DNA of 64,000 bases. Origin: Psammoneis japonica (lineage: Eukaryota). The DNA lies in assembly GCA_008632985.1 (NCBI GenBank), contig QPGO01000005.1, positions 703,607 to 767,606 on the forward strand, read 5' to 3'. Below the pieces are notes generated by a model that saw only the letters and a list, made by a program, of their open reading frames with translations, made no database searches and was not told where the DNA came from. This document shows positions 33,232 to 48,000 of this stretch, piece by piece. A program made the position numbers and the translations under genes. The number at the start of each line of letters is the position of its first letter. Position 1 is the stretch's first letter.

Positions 33232-34014
33232 TTATTCCTTAACGACAGCTGATAATTCACTACCAGGTTGAATCATCATGGATGAAATGGCTCCAAGACT
33301 AACGCCCTCTTGAAAGACACTGTTGCGTTTGGTATTGTCCGGACTGGCTACAAAGGTTACCAAATCGTTCGAAACATTCTCCACAATAGCTTTGCCCGTC
33401 AAGTCACTAGCGCCCTTTATGTTTGCTGCACCTAGAACCATTTTCAACGGTGCCGTGCGATACGATAGAGCAATGGTTGGTAGAATAGCATCCGAAATGT
33501 TTGCTTTTGACTCGACTGCCAGCGTGTGCAAGACCTTGTTGTCCGACTGTTGGGTGCAAAATGCATCGTATGCGGTCCAAAACTCGGCAAACTGACATGA
33601 GTCCAACAAGTCGGCACAACTGAAATAGGGATACAACACGTTTTCATGGTGTTGAGTTTGATTCCAGAATAGCAAAACTAAACGTATCTCGGTCACTCAC
33701 CGAATAATAGAAGCACAGGGTTCACGCGTCTGAATGCGCTCCGCAATTAAACTCTGCGACAAGAACAAATCTTGCAACGTGGTGGGATACTCCACAAGAG
33801 CCAACAGCAGAATCAACGCAATGGTTGATTCATCCTCCAAATGCGGATGAAAGAGGTACATTTTAAGCAGGGTGCGATTGACTTTGAAACTGTACTCGGT
33901 ACCTGCACTTGCCGATGCGCGCACATAGGCTTCCAACTGAGGAACAATTGATGCGTTGTAGCCCGATTTTTCCATCAAGGACGTCACTTCTTCCAAGGAT
34001 GGTGCAGCAGACAT
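33232..34014 (-). CDS. EIF3K: Translation initiation factor eIF3 subunit K; 1 intron
   Basis: 'YNASIVPQLEAYV', 'NRTLLKMYLFHP', 'LLDSCQFAEFW'. Intron 33620-33700 joins the exons in frame. Confidence 0.8.
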
Positions 34015-34326
34015 GGTGATAGCGATAATAACAATTGCTCTGGAGGTTGCTCTGGATAGTTTGTAGGTAGGGAGTAGATGAATGCCGTCGTCTTGTTGTG
34101 ATGTTGCGGGGATGATGAAAGATGAAAATGAAAGCTCGGGCGAGCGCTGCACAACGGTGATGAGCCGGACAGACTTTTCATGTCGACCGTTCATTTTTGG
34201 TGGTGCCAGTATGAATTGCGCGTGGATTCCTACGCAAAAGCTCAAAGAACAAGACACACACACAAACAAGCAAAACACGACACAACAACAACAGCAACGC
34301 AAAATAAGTCCAACATTGCCTCCACC

Positions 34327-35971
34327 ATGCCGGTTCATCCTCCAACAGCAGCAATCATGCTCTGGCTGTATCATACATTGTATCTGAGCTCATGAAAGCT
34401 TATGAGGAGGGATCCTCTCTTAATTTTACAAAACTCAAGGGCGATGCATCCAAGAAATACAAACTCCAAGGAATTCCCCGCATGTCTGATATCTTACAAT
34501 CGATACCGTTGGAATATCGGGAGAAACTGTGGCCCTTGTTAAAGACCAAGCCAGTCCGCACAGCTTCGGGTGTTGCGGTTGTGGCGTCATGTCCAAGCCT
34601 CATCGATGTCCTCACATTGCCATGACGGGAAACGTTTGTGTGTACTGTCCGGGTGGACCTGATTCAGACTTTGAATACTCAACACAAGCATACACTGGAT
34701 ACGAACCGACGTCCATGAGAGCGATTCGTGCACGATACGATCCGTATTCTCAAGTAAAGGGCCGAGTCAATCAGTTGCGTGCTATTGGTCATACAGTTGA
34801 TAAGGTTGAGTTTATCGTCATGGGTGGTACTTTTCTGTCTCTGGATAAAGAGTACAAGGACTATTTCATTCGCAATTTACACGATGCACTCTCGGGTCAT
34901 TCTTCGCAAACGGTCGAAGAGGCCATTCGCTATTCAGAGCATTCCACTACAAAGTGTATTGGATTACGATTGAGACACGTCCTGACTATTGTCTCAAACC
35001 ACACTTGGAAGAAATGCTCACCTTTGGTTGCACACGGATTGAAGTGGGCGTACAGAGTGTTTACGAATCAGTGGCACGAGAAACCAATCGTGGTCACACG
35101 GTATCCGCCGTGTCTCATTCATTCCACTTGGCCAAGGACTGTGGTTTCAAGGTGGTTTCTCACATGATGCCCGACTTGCCCAACATGGGATGGGAGCGAG
35201 ATCTGGAAGGATTTTGTGAGTACTTTGAAAATCCAGCCTTTCGCTCAGATGGACTAAAGCTCTATCCAACCTTGGTGATTCGTGGAACGGGTTTGTATGA
35301 ATTGTGGAAAACGGGACGCTATCAGAATTACACCCCGGATCAATTGGTGGAATTGACGGCTGCCATTTTGGCCATGGTGCCACCGTGGACACGTTGTACC
35401 GTATTCAGCGTGATATTCCAATGCCCCTGGTATCGTCGGAGTCGAGCACGGGAATTTGCGTGAGCTGGCATTGGCCAAAATGGCCGATTGGGGTTTACCG
35501 TGCAAGGATATTCGTTCTCGTGAGGTTGGAATGAAACAGATTCATAATCAAGTGACGCCGGATCAGTTGGAACTTGTGCGTAGAGATTATGTTGCCAATG
35601 GAGGCTGGGAGACTTTTCTGGCATATGAAGATCCTCAGCAAGACATTTTGGTGGGATTGTTGAGATTGCGAAAGGCTAGCGATGCTGCATTTTTACCAGA
35701 GATTGCGACTGTGCCTTCCTCTATTATTCGGGAGGTGCACGTCTACGGTACTGCGTTAGCTGTGTCGGCAAGAGACAAGGACCGATTTCAACACCAAGGA
35801 TTTGGTACTCTGCTGCTGGAAGAAGCAGAACGAATTGCCAGAGATGAACACGGAAGTCAGAAATTGCTGGTTATTTCCGGTGTCGGCACGAGGCATTACT
35901 ATCGAAAGCTCGGTTATGAACTTGATGGCCCCTACATGTCAAAGTCCCTCGTGGGAGTAGATAAACAATGA
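34327..35971 (+). CDS. ELP3: Elongator subunit ELP3 (radical SAM + KAT); five apparent 1-nt deletions
   Basis: 'KPVRTASG', '[17 protein letters not shown]', 'TIETRPDYC', 'HMMPDLP', 'QHQGFGTLL', '[12 protein letters not shown]'. Confidence 0.95.
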
Positions 35972-36087
35972 AACGTTCTTACTCATAGTTATCAATAACA
36001 AAAACCTCATTTATCAGATTTATGAGCACTATTGCTCGCGTCTCCAATTAGTCTATGGTATGTGACTGACGCGCGTTGTTTTTTTCT

Positions 36088-39000
36088 CTAGTGGAGTGCA
36101 TTAGGATGGACAAGGCTTATCTTGTCTCGCAAGAACGCTCCATTTCCAAGCGTTACCTTGAATGTTTGGCACTTTAGTAGGTCGAGTCCAGTATCTGACG
36201 GATCTACCAAAGCTGACGCATACTTCTCCATTTTGTTGGAGGTAGCCGCACCATATGACGAGTCTATCAAGTACCACAGCTTCACGACATCTCGTGCGGT
36301 GGGTTTCAATGATTCGTACACTTCAACGGACACAACATTGTCAAAGATCACTTCCCATAGCACACTGCAAAAGTCTCCATAGCGATTGCCGTTCAAAAGA
36401 AGAACTCGCTCTGATGTTATCATAAGGATGTGCAAAGACGAATCCAACCTTGTGGAGGCTACTGCCGTCGTCTCAACAACGACATCTTCTAAGTGACAAA
36501 TATAGCCTTCTCCGAGATGCATGCCCATTCGAACTCGAGAGAGTATAGCATTTCCTGCGTTCTCACCCTCGACGTATTCTACCAACAGATCCTTGCCACC
36601 GATGTTGGCAAACAGTCGAGGGTTCCGGGACCGGATGAGCCACTATAGAAGCGGCGTCCTCCAGTTCCTACTCCGCGGTACCGGAAGGATAAAGAAACGA
36701 CGGAAGCAAACCTCGAAGACGCAAACAGCAACGACGACGCCATCCTGGTTGGCACAGTCAACAGCGACCTGTATAAGTGTTCGACCGCAACAACCTGCGT
36801 ATCTGCGGTGTGGTCCTTTCTCTCCTCCAGAAGCCGAGGTTCCGCGTTTACTTGAGTCAGCCGTAGGAACCCTTCTCCATAAGTATGAAGCAATCTTGAA
36901 ACCCAATCAAACGCCGTTGCAATTCCTTCTCTCGTTGTTATTATAGAAGCTCGGATGAACACTGTGGGCTTGAACGCTAGTCCCAACAAGATGTCTAGAA
37001 TTCTCCAGATACTTACATAGTGGTATTTCATGTTATGCAAGTGATCTTCCACTGTACCATATGCGTGCGAAGCGGTGTACTGACGAAGAAGCAGAGGCAT
37101 ACCCTCAACCGTGAGCGCTGGTCTCACCCAACCGAAAAAGGAGAAGATGGCTGCTGGGAGTGCACCAGACCAACTGATACTCGTTTTTATCGTCGACAGC
37201 TTCATTTTTTCGATGTAATATGTTCTCCTTGGTGCCCGAGATGGAGCAGCGGCTATAATCTCGTCCCTCCCTCCATAGTCGCCGTCATCCATGAGACTCG
37301 TCGACAAACTTCCACGACGAGACTGAGCCTTTACAGCTAGCTTTGCCGCCATTGCCGCGGTTGCAAAGAACTCGCTATCAAATGTTCCAATTGTTCCTCT
37401 CGTGCCTTTAGTAATCCCCTTTTTGTTTGTGCTCTCGGAACTAGGAAGCCCGTGGCGGTAGTCGACAATGCCAAGAATTCTACTCAACTCGGCATTTCGC
37501 GATGTTGAATCGTCCGAGATTTCATTCGCATCCGAACTTATACCTGCCACTCGCTGTGCCATTGCCCAAACCAAGTCCGAGAGAGCCCCGTCGACGCTAA
37601 GGTTTATCGGTTCAGTTGTCAACTCGACGTTGTTTAGTAGCGTGAGATCTCCGTGTCCTCCATGAGAGTTGATAGCTCGACACCAAGTCAGCACTATGGC
37701 GGCGTTCTTCACCTTGCGCTTGCGGCGCTTTTCGACGAGTCCCACACGACCGCTTCTGCTTCCAATTTTCATCAAAACAGGATATGGAGTGATCCAGAGC
37801 TGGTTGCTTACTGTCACGCATCCAAATGAAATCAGGTTGTTTTCTTTTCCTGAGTCTACTCGTCTTTCAATAATGACTTCATCGACGCGGATGTACATCA
37901 GCTCTCGCGGGGCCCAGTCGACCACGCTAATTCCAATGCCTTGAGAAAGCTTCACATCTATCCATTGGCATGCATGAGGATGTTTTTCAGGCTTGTAGAA
38001 ATTGGTTGTACGGTCAATACCTTCAAACTCGCTGCTAGGAAGACGTGGAAGCGACGCATCAGTGATACGCAACACTTGGGTTGGACCGTCGGCGACAACT
38101 TGCCCAGAAAAACGAGTGTTGTTCAGATGTAGATCAGTGCCCGGGGCGATCCTGTCTAGCTTGAAGCTTCCGAGAATCATCCCGTCACGGTTGGGTAACC
38201 CTGCGGCTTCATTTGAATACAAGAAGTCAGCGACACAAATAACAACAGCACGTCGCCGTTCATCTGGTTCGTCCCACGCAAACTCTGCATTGTGGTAGGG
38301 TAGAAGCATGCTCTCTAGGGAGAAATCATCTTGAACGAACGTGGACGACTGCCCAAAATGTAAAGGGTGCATCGTATGGTTTTCAATGCGGAACGGAGGG
38401 TGGCTAACTGTCCGCATTATCAGCAGTTTACCAGGCGAGTTTTGACCTGTGTTGAACTCAATGCTGATAATCATTACGTGGCCCTTCAGTTTGTGCCGCA
38501 AGCGCATTAACACTTCTCTTCGGTTTTTCTTGAGACTTATGGGCCCACTCCATCCCCATCCGAATTCCCGGGGTCTTATCCGTATTCTATCCGAGTCATC
38601 AAAGTGAAGGGGAGTCGGCCACTGATGAACACCGATGGCGACAGGCACGGCATGCCTATGGTCGGGAAGAACTTCAATCTCACGACCTAATTCATTCAGA
38701 ACTGCATACCGATTGACCAGATGGACCAACTTCGTACCATGATGACCCCCGAACCTCTCAGGGGCAGACACAATCCTTGAGCGAAACGCAAAAGGTTCTA
38801 GCGCAAATGATCTTCTTGTTTCAGTGGGATCATCAGAAGCCGATGGAGGCATGACTGTGACATCTTGGCAGAAGTTCTCAGCTGATTTGAGCGCAATGGG
38901 ATCCGACCAATGGTTGATAACCTCTTTATTCAAATCGCCTTCTACGCCCCACATGTACCTTCGGCGAATGCTAAGTCGGTTTGACTTCTCATCTCCAATC

Positions 39001-42000
39001 ATCAGCACGTCGAAGGATGGCTTCGCTCTCATTGACAGCAGATCATCATCCAACAACAGTTCGGCGAGTCCCAGCGCTGTACCAGGCTTCTTCCTGGATT
39101 GACGGTCTTGAATGCTAGCAAATATTGAATGATGAGGACGCGACGGTTCGTCAGACAGCTGCCCTGCTATGGACGTGTTTGAGAAGAACTCGAGATCTCG
39201 ACCAGTGCTATCGACCACCCAGAATGGAACGTAAATGCCGACTACTCTAGAGGCCTCGGAAAGTGCACAGGCAAAATCTCGAATGTTCTCTTCCTGGGCT
39301 GAGCCACTGTCATGAGTCACATTATCTTCTAAACTGACAGAAAGACTCAACGGCACCCCCAACGTATCGTCCACGACCATCTTCATCGACGAGAATGCAT
39401 CGGAAGCACCAGATTTCTGTTTAGCCTCAAAAGGGGACTGCGACGGTATCACAACAGGTGTACTCCAGCCAGGAAATCTGCGTGACGGCTGGCCACGTTT
39501 CTCGCACAATCTAATCCTGATCTCCATTTCAGCGGCTACAATAGTTCCAGTCCAGCTGATTCCTTTCCCGCATGGAAGCAAGCCCAAATTTACCCATTCT
39601 TCGTCACGCTTATTCAGTTCAACGCTTTCGTTCGGAGCACGCGCTGCCCCGACGAGTCTCGACGAACTAGGCTTTCGTCGTCCAAGACCGGACTTTCTGC
39701 GGACCTGAACTATGACAGCCACAGGAAGATGATTCTTGATAACTACCGGAGGACGAAATAGGAGCATCCGTTGCTCGGGAACGCCGGGGTCCCCTTTTTC
39801 CACATTTGTGTTCGGATCTGAGGTCTTTGTAATCCCTTCAAGGGCGAAACGACCTATTCGGACAGAACATACGTTTACATGAACGCTTTGCTTCCGGACT
39901 TCGTGGAGAGCAGGCTTCCGTTTACGCCCTGGTAGAGGCAGTAAGCTGATCTCAACCAGCCTTACCACTCCCCGACGGATCGATTGCTTGGAATAAGGAG
40001 GTGGCGGACTAACGCGAATAGAGTGCCGTTGCGTGACTTCGCTTACCTCTGTTTCGATGTTGGCAGGAGAGTCATGGGGAAGTGCAGACACAGATAAAAC
40101 CGCTGATTTATCGTCGAGAGCTGGAATGATGTCAATAGGAACTGGGATGTAGCTTCCATCAGACTTAATGGCACCTGATCCTTTTGCCGTCATTGTTGAC
40201 TTCGGTATTCGGGAAGTCCATATTAGCGGTAACCCAACTCCCCGGTCGCGCACTTCAACCAAGAGATCAGAGTTAACAGTGTTCTTCACAACAAGTGGGG
40301 ATTCTATCGAAACTACTTTGATACCGCCACGAAGAGCTATCCTCACGATGACCCATCCAAGATTACTGTGTTTTTCAGCTCCCTCCCCTGTTTGTCTTTA
40401 TGACTCTCCTTGTTCAACGCGAGTGGAAATTGGTGCACACCAACGGTGTCAAGCGGAATTTTTCCAATCACCTTGTATCGGAAGCTGGTCGACAGAGAGC
40501 CCTTAGGAATATTGTACTCTTGATCATTAGCACGGCCGGCGGTGTCCTCGAAGCCACCCACTTCAAGCCAAATGTGGCTGCGGTGTGGATCACAAGACTG
40601 CGAAATTGCTCTTTTTAAGGACAATGGAATTTCACACCCAGTCGATAGTGTCGTTCGCTTTGCTTTTTCGCCTCGTTCAACACGTTCACGATCAAGAATT
40701 TCTCTGAATCTGATTTTCATCCCGCATTCGTTTCGGAGCCAATGCGGCCCAACTGGTCTTGAACGTGGCCCTTCCTGAACATGTAGGCTCATGTAACGCA
40801 ACATGTTCTCGATGCATGCACCAGTCAAATTGACGTTCAGCGGCCTCTTGTCCGTTACGGAGACTGCGAGAGGAGGATGAGTGACGCTGTTCAATATGTC
40901 TCGCTCGCTGGGCAACGGCAACGGGTACCCGAACTGAGCAAGCCATTCAACGACAGAATGCTTCGGCAACAGTTCGAGCCTTCGCTGGTGCGACAAGGGA
41001 TTCGTTGCAGCGTTTGAATGCCGCACAGGCGGATACAAGGCCAGCTCAACCATTGTCCGTTCCATTGACGCCAGCATCAAAAAGCAGAGATCAGTGTGCG
41101 TTTCTATTGTCTCCTGGATAGGGTCGTCCTTCAATTGTGTCGGAGAAAGACCAACCTTGAAAGGGGAGCGCAATAGTCGGCCTATATCGCGGATTCTTTC
41201 TCCGGCACGCTCGTTTATCACGTCAGGCATGAAGCCCCTATGTACGACGGGAGGTGAAAACGAATCCCATCGCGGCACCGGAGATATCTCTTCGCGCAAA
41301 ACCGGTTCTACATGAAGAAGCTTCGCCAGATCGATGCCAATGCGAGCGTCGACATCCCATGGTTCAACAAGAGGCTCCCAAGCAGCTAGCCAACGGTTAT
41401 GATAGCTTGCTGCTAATTCACAGTTCAGCCACCCTCCAGCAACGAGATGGATCATTTGCTCTGATACTAATGCATCTTTGATAGCAGGCGCTACTCTTGT
41501 ATTCACGGATTTCAAAGTAGGAGAAGACTGATCGACGTCCTTTGGGGCCCCGCTCAACGCGATGCCAATGCCAAAGTCCATAAATGACGCCTTGACTATT
41601 GGAGATTCGGTCAGTCTTGTTGCTCCTGGAACACAAGTCAGTTGGAATCCGACTGCCTGAACAGACGCAACAGCAGTTGCAGTCTTTATCAGTTCCTGTA
41701 TCATAGATTGAGAAGCCTGCGACTGGTGTTCATTGAACTTTGGTCTAGAACGTTCAGGATCGTCGTTGCCCTTCAACATCGCTAGCATCGGCTGGATCGA
41801 AACTCGAAAGGCCTCGTTCATGCCATCTTTGCTTTTCCTGAGGTATAGAATAACGTCAACGAATCCAACTTCCAGTTGAAGGGAATGCGCTATCTTGACG
41901 CGATTTAAGCGAGTATTGCGCTCTGTCTGGATCTCACTAGAGTTGGACCTACTGAGGTCCAGGCCGCCAAGAGATGCGCCAACAAGGCTATGTGTTAACT

Positions 42001-45000
42001 TGAATTCAATTTGATTTGTAACCCTCTGTTCTCCAATTGCTGGAGGGTTGACCATGTAGCAAAAGGGCACCTTTTGAAGATCATCTGTCCCTTTCGCTTC
42101 ACGGACTAACCTCGTGACACTCGTGCGGAGAGCTTGGAATCCTCGAACATTCAAGACGATTCTTGACTTGATTACTGACTGGACGTGCCCCGTATTTTGC
42201 TCTGGTTTCCCTTCGCTTTCGGTACGTCCTCCTTGGCTGAGTTGCACCCCAATGAAATCTTGCCAGATTCTTGGGGCTTCGGGAAATGAATGGTCGCCTG
42301 ACGACGAACTGTCAGAAGCAGCCAAGGAACGTAACAAGCGAAGAGTGTCGTCTTCCGCGGAGAACTCCGCTGTCAGTTCTGCATTCCAGCGGAAAGCTAC
42401 AACCGTTATTGGTTCGGCAGAGTTCTCCTTAATATGGGTATAAATATCCCGAGAGGCGACAATGCATTCAACATGCCCAGCTCGAAATGTCACGAAGAGT
42501 TTGTCGACACTGAAAGGCAGCGATTCTGCGTCTTGGGAGTCCCCTTCGCTCAACTGAGAGGCTGCTTGATGATTCAAAGTGGGATTGCCAAGGTCGCGAT
42601 CGCCTACGCCTCTTAGGCAGGACTTAAAATCTATGATCGACTCCAAAATTGAAGGGACAACAATGAACTGGATACTCCCGAATGAAACTTCCACGTTAGT
42701 AGAAACACCTCCATCAACGTCTCGAGTCATTTTCATACCAACTGTGACAAAAAGCGGATGAGAGCCAGGTTCAGCACCATTGCCGTAGTCTTTACCCAAT
42801 ACACGAACACCCGGAAGCCGCGATAAGTCATACAGCGAAACCTTCTTGACTTCAACGCTTGCCTCGGAATGTTGAGAATCGTGTCGCCCGAACATCGCTA
42901 TATTTTGCGCTGCGAACGACAACCGCGGCTCAGCTGCCGAAAAGGTCGACCCACTCGCTTGCTCTCGAAGTAGCTGGCATTCGAAGGATTGGAAACTAAA
43001 CCGTATACAGACCGCTTGATTAAAATTGGGTGCCTTGTCCTCTCCCCGGCTTGAAGTGGAGGTAACGCGGTCATCGCAGGGATCGTCAGCATTGGTCGGC
43101 TTCATGGTTTTTATCGCGTCATTCAGAAGGGAAATAACCTGCGCAGAGAGATTAAGTCGTATCGGTGAAACTAGAACCGAAATGATGTAGCCCTCGTCAG
43201 AACTTAACAGCAACCAGTTCGCCTCATCATCTGGAGTAGAACCTCCGATAAAGGAAACGGATTCCTGTTTCATCCATTCTCCATGATCGGATCGCTTTAA
43301 TTGAGGAGGAGGGAAGTCTACCCTACCGAGATTTGGAAAAGCAACGGTAACAGCGCATGTCAAGTCCACGGGTTCTAAGATAGGCCAGTCATCTGAAGAT
43401 CGTTGGACTGACGTGTCGGTAATTCCCACCTTTACCGCAAGCGAATCCCGCTTTTGTAGCGATTCTTCGACGCACAGGTGCAAAGAAGAAGTGACTACGA
43501 CCTGATTTACGACATGATCCGGTAAACTCCACTCCGATACAGTTTGGCAGGGGAGAATAGAAGTGACACTGGTCAAAGCAGCGTCAAACCGCCAACGAGT
43601 GGGTATCCTAGGGGTTGCATGTTTGACATCAGACCTGCCCAAATTCGTTGCCTCGGCCGCAGCGCTCGTTTCAGATACATCTAAATGGAACTCAACTTCT
43701 CGATTACCGTCAATGGACTGGCAGGCCTTTAGTAAGTCAAAGATCGGGTCGACAGTCCCCTTAATTGCGTCCGGGGAAGCGATTAAATATATAGATTGCA
43801 CTTTCAGTCCACAGTGAAGATTTATCATTTTCTCGTCAGTTGCATCAGACACTACGAACTCGCTCTTTGACCAGCAACGCTGAACGACCCATCCACCATC
43901 CTGTGACGCGGGCACCAGCTGCATGCGAAGCCGGGACTGCAAGAGGGGTGCGTATGGGTCCCTGCAGCCAAAAAGCTCTCGGGTATTCCCAGAGTCGGCC
44001 TATTCATCACCACTCGATTCACGTTAGCTTTTGTACAATATCGCTTCGTTTGAGATGAGCTGCCAAATATAATGACACTTACCGTGCTTTGTTGTAGAAG
44101 CTGAGCATTTCCACATCTAAAGTCAAGCTGACTTCGACATTTATACTCGGAGGCAGCGAGCGCCTGTCCTAATCGAGCGCTTACATCGCTCAAAACAAGT
44201 GCTCCAACTGAGTTCCCCTCGACTACAACATTGAAACGAAGTGCAGAAACTCGAAAAAACAAATCAATCAAGCATTTTTTCCGCAGGTCTGTACCAAACA
44301 CTGGTGAACCCCGCAGCAACAGAGCCTCGCATAATTCATCAACAAGGAACAGCTTAGAAGGCCGATCAGGCGGCGTTGATCCATTTGAAGATGATTTGTT
44401 TTTGACAGGGACGAGTCGCTTCGTGCGATTCCAAAATGCAAACAGAGGCACGATGCGTTCCACATCAGGCGACAATTCCACGTCCCCAACCAGCATTCGC
44501 ACCTTTGTTGTGTCGCAGTTTGACTGCGCAGTACGGCCCTTCTCGTGCCTATGAGTATCCAAAGAGATACGAAAGAACTTGTCTTCCATAGGTTTGGAAG
44601 CGAAGAAATTCGAATACCGAGGGGCTACAGAAGTGTCACCTGGACGTGTACCTGGGCCACCGACAAGGAGTTGGACGGCTGGCAACTGTGAACAATCCCC
44701 CACTTTGTTGCCAACGCTTACGCTTCCAATGCTTACAATGGCTTTCATGTTGTTCGCCCTGTGGAGAAGGGAGGTAGACAATCGCGAGAGGTGAAGCTCG
44801 CATGTCGCAATGTCCCCTTGTCCGTTGCTATCATCGAGCTGGTTATACATGACTGCAACTGTAATAGACGAGATTGTAAGTGAGACCCGAAAGAGCTCCC
44901 TGTTGAGCCCTTTAGTCAAGTTGTGATCGAAACCTTCGATTCCGCGTGAAGATACGGCTCGCTGCTTCCTCGCCCGCAAGAGCGCTTTGGCATGCGCAGT

Positions 45001-48000
45001 AGCCGCACCTGATATTTGAATGGCTGTCGACGGGGTAAGTGGTGACTGTGGAGGTCTCTGCGCATCGGCATCGTCAATATGAGCAGCATTCGCATCAAAC
45101 GGTGACAGCAAATCATCGTGTGCCGCTTGAAGAGCACGCAACTCCGCTTCTAATCTAGTCTGCTCCAGCTTTAGCGCCTTCCTCTTCTGTCTCTTTTCCT
45201 TCGCTTCTCCACTGCCTTCAGTGACTTCTAGCATGCTTGTGCTCTCAGAGAATTGCCTCTTCAGTTCTTCTATCTCCGCTTCAGTCCTAGCAATATCTTC
45301 TCGAACAGCGACGGCTAGCTCGTTGTGATCTCTAATCGACATGGCCGAGTGAAACGATTCAACATCACTCTCCGCGTCGCTTTCAATGCTGGAGGTGTCT
45401 TCGGCAACAATCTCGTCGAGTCTTGCAAGATTCTCTTCATTCAGATAATTCAATTGCTTACGCTTCGCGCGCGATCTTCGCCGTGACAAGTCCGAGACCG
45501 ACGACATATCTGATACGGACGGCTGCTTACTCCGGCGACTCTTGGGCGAATCCGTGTTGTCGTCCACACTTTTTTCATCGGATAACCACCCGTCATCAAA
45601 CCAGTTATGCACACCATTGGCCTCAGATACGTTCTCAAGTGCATCAAGAAACTCATTTTCATCCACATCACTCGAACTTTCCGAAATGAGATCCTCATTT
45701 TTTGCCATCGTGGAATCTTCCTTTACTCCTCGCGCTTGTAACTCAGACCGAATGGTAACTTTCCCTCGGAAATCGCTGCTAGATACAAAAGGCTTCTGAG
45801 ACACTTTTTTATTGAGTACTCCACTCCACGCTCTCAAGATGTAGCTTACGTGCTCCAGGTGGCTCTCAGAGACAGCCAGCACAATGTCGTCGACTATGCA
45901 GCTCATCTTCAGGCGACAAAGAGTGTGGTCCGCTGGGATTACTGATTTTTCGAAAACGATGCTAACGCTAATTTTGTCCAATAGATTCAGATGGTCCATG
46001 TCGCCTCTGGAAATCGTCGCTGTCCCTGAGAAGATTTTAAGCTGGAATACGTCATAGAAGCAAGAGTTTGAAATGTTCTCCGAAGAGGAACGGCGATTCT
46101 TTCGTCTGTCGCCGCGATTGAATCCAGAAGACAATCTGGTCGGGTCATTCTGATTCAACGAGGCGTTGCTTCGACCAACGTAGTGTCCACTGTCGACTGA
46201 GAGCGCCGAGGAACCGAGAAAAAAGCTGTTGAGGCCCCTCATAGGCTCATTATAATGACTGGAACCATCGCCTGGGATCGGATTATATGAACTCGACTCT
46301 TCCAACGCACGTAAACCTCGCGATGCCGTGCCAACACTTCGATCGCCAATGTCGCTATAGTCGTCATGGGTCTCGTCCAAGGTATCTATAGCAGAAATAT
46401 GAAGCTGTCCCATGGCAACTCCAGCAAGTCGCTCTGTTGAGAATTCAGCGCGACCAAAGTCAATTACGAAGTCGCTTCCTTGTCCGTCTCCAATACGGAG
46501 AACCGGACATTCCACGTGAACATTAAAATCAAAGTTCGTATGGTTAAAAAGTGCAGTCTCTGCCTTGGCATAGAATTCAGCTGTAGCAGAATCAGAAGAA
46601 TTGATCCGCGCCATGCTTAGGTCCTCCCAAAACGATTCAACGCTTTTCGAAACACCCGATGACGTGGGCGAGACAGCCGCAACTAAGTCTCTCAGGCGAA
46701 CTAACCATTCACACTCTGGATTTAAAATAATCTCGATGGCCTCGACTTGAGTCCGGAGACCGAAGTCACAACCTGGACTGTCAAGGGGCTTTCCTTTCAG
46801 TTCTAAGGACACCAGTTGGGATCTCTCCGAGCCTAGATCAGAACCATTGAGTTGGGGCAGTTCTGATGGCCCTGCACCACCCGAGAAACCGACTAACTCA
46901 TATCCAAGTAGTGGGTCAGCATCGCGCGATATCATTCTGGAGATGAACGCATACTGATTCCTATTTGATCTGATTTCACATCCATCAAAATCACCGAGAG
47001 ATGTCTGCAAGAGGAAGGAGCTATAGTTCCCGAAGAGAGTGTAGCCAAAATTAAGGTCGCTGAGCTTTAAATCGAGGAATCTCTCGTGAAGGCGTCTGTG
47101 CTCGTTGAGATCAGAAGTCGATGGAAGAGGCGAAAACAACGAGATGCATACGGTTTCCAAATGGGCTTGGATAGATACCGCAACCAAAGACTCTTCTTCG
47201 CATCCAGTTACCGCAACTTCCTTTCGTTTTGACGCGTTTTCTACGTACGACAGTAAACGTGCGTACTCTTCTTCAGATCTAACATCGTCGCCTGCGAAAC
47301 TTGACATCATGCGACGAAATCGAGAGGGGTTGCTTGAGCTCCCTGCCTGGCCATTCCCTGCCGCATTCGCGATTTGAGCTACTCTCGCATTTACCAACGC
47401 TCTGAATATGAGAATATCCAACACGCTGAGGTCGCCTCGCGTCCCATCTTCCAATTCTTGTAGTTCTTCGGCCTCTTCTTCGGTTAAATTCCGTCTTTGG
47501 CGAGACAAGTCGTTTTCGTTTAGGGAGCTTCGCACACGATCCATATCGACCGCTGATGGGCCTGCACCATCATCCGGTGTAGACACATGATGTGCTCTTA
47601 TTTCCTCGGGAACATCGGGTAATCCGTTGACAGAAGTGTTGCTAGATTCCGGCAATGTCACGATTGTCTCGGGGACATCTAAACTAACCCTACTCTCAAC
47701 TCGGCTGATAGGTCTGGTTGCAGGCAACTGCTTCTTTCGTTCGTACAGTTCACAGTAGCGTCGGCGTTGTTGAAATTTGTAGTGAAAGCGCTTCCAGGAC
47801 CACCGCATATTACTTTCTCGCAACTCCGTCTGAATGACACGAAACGAATAAACCCACCAAGCTCGCGGATCTTCTTTGACTGACACACCGGGACGGAATC
47901 TTCTGTACTGCTTGGCAAAGCCGTGTTCTTTCATGCACGAAAGAAGGGTCGCTAATTGGTGACACTGGAAATCCCGCAGTTCTATCGGTATTGCTTCAAC

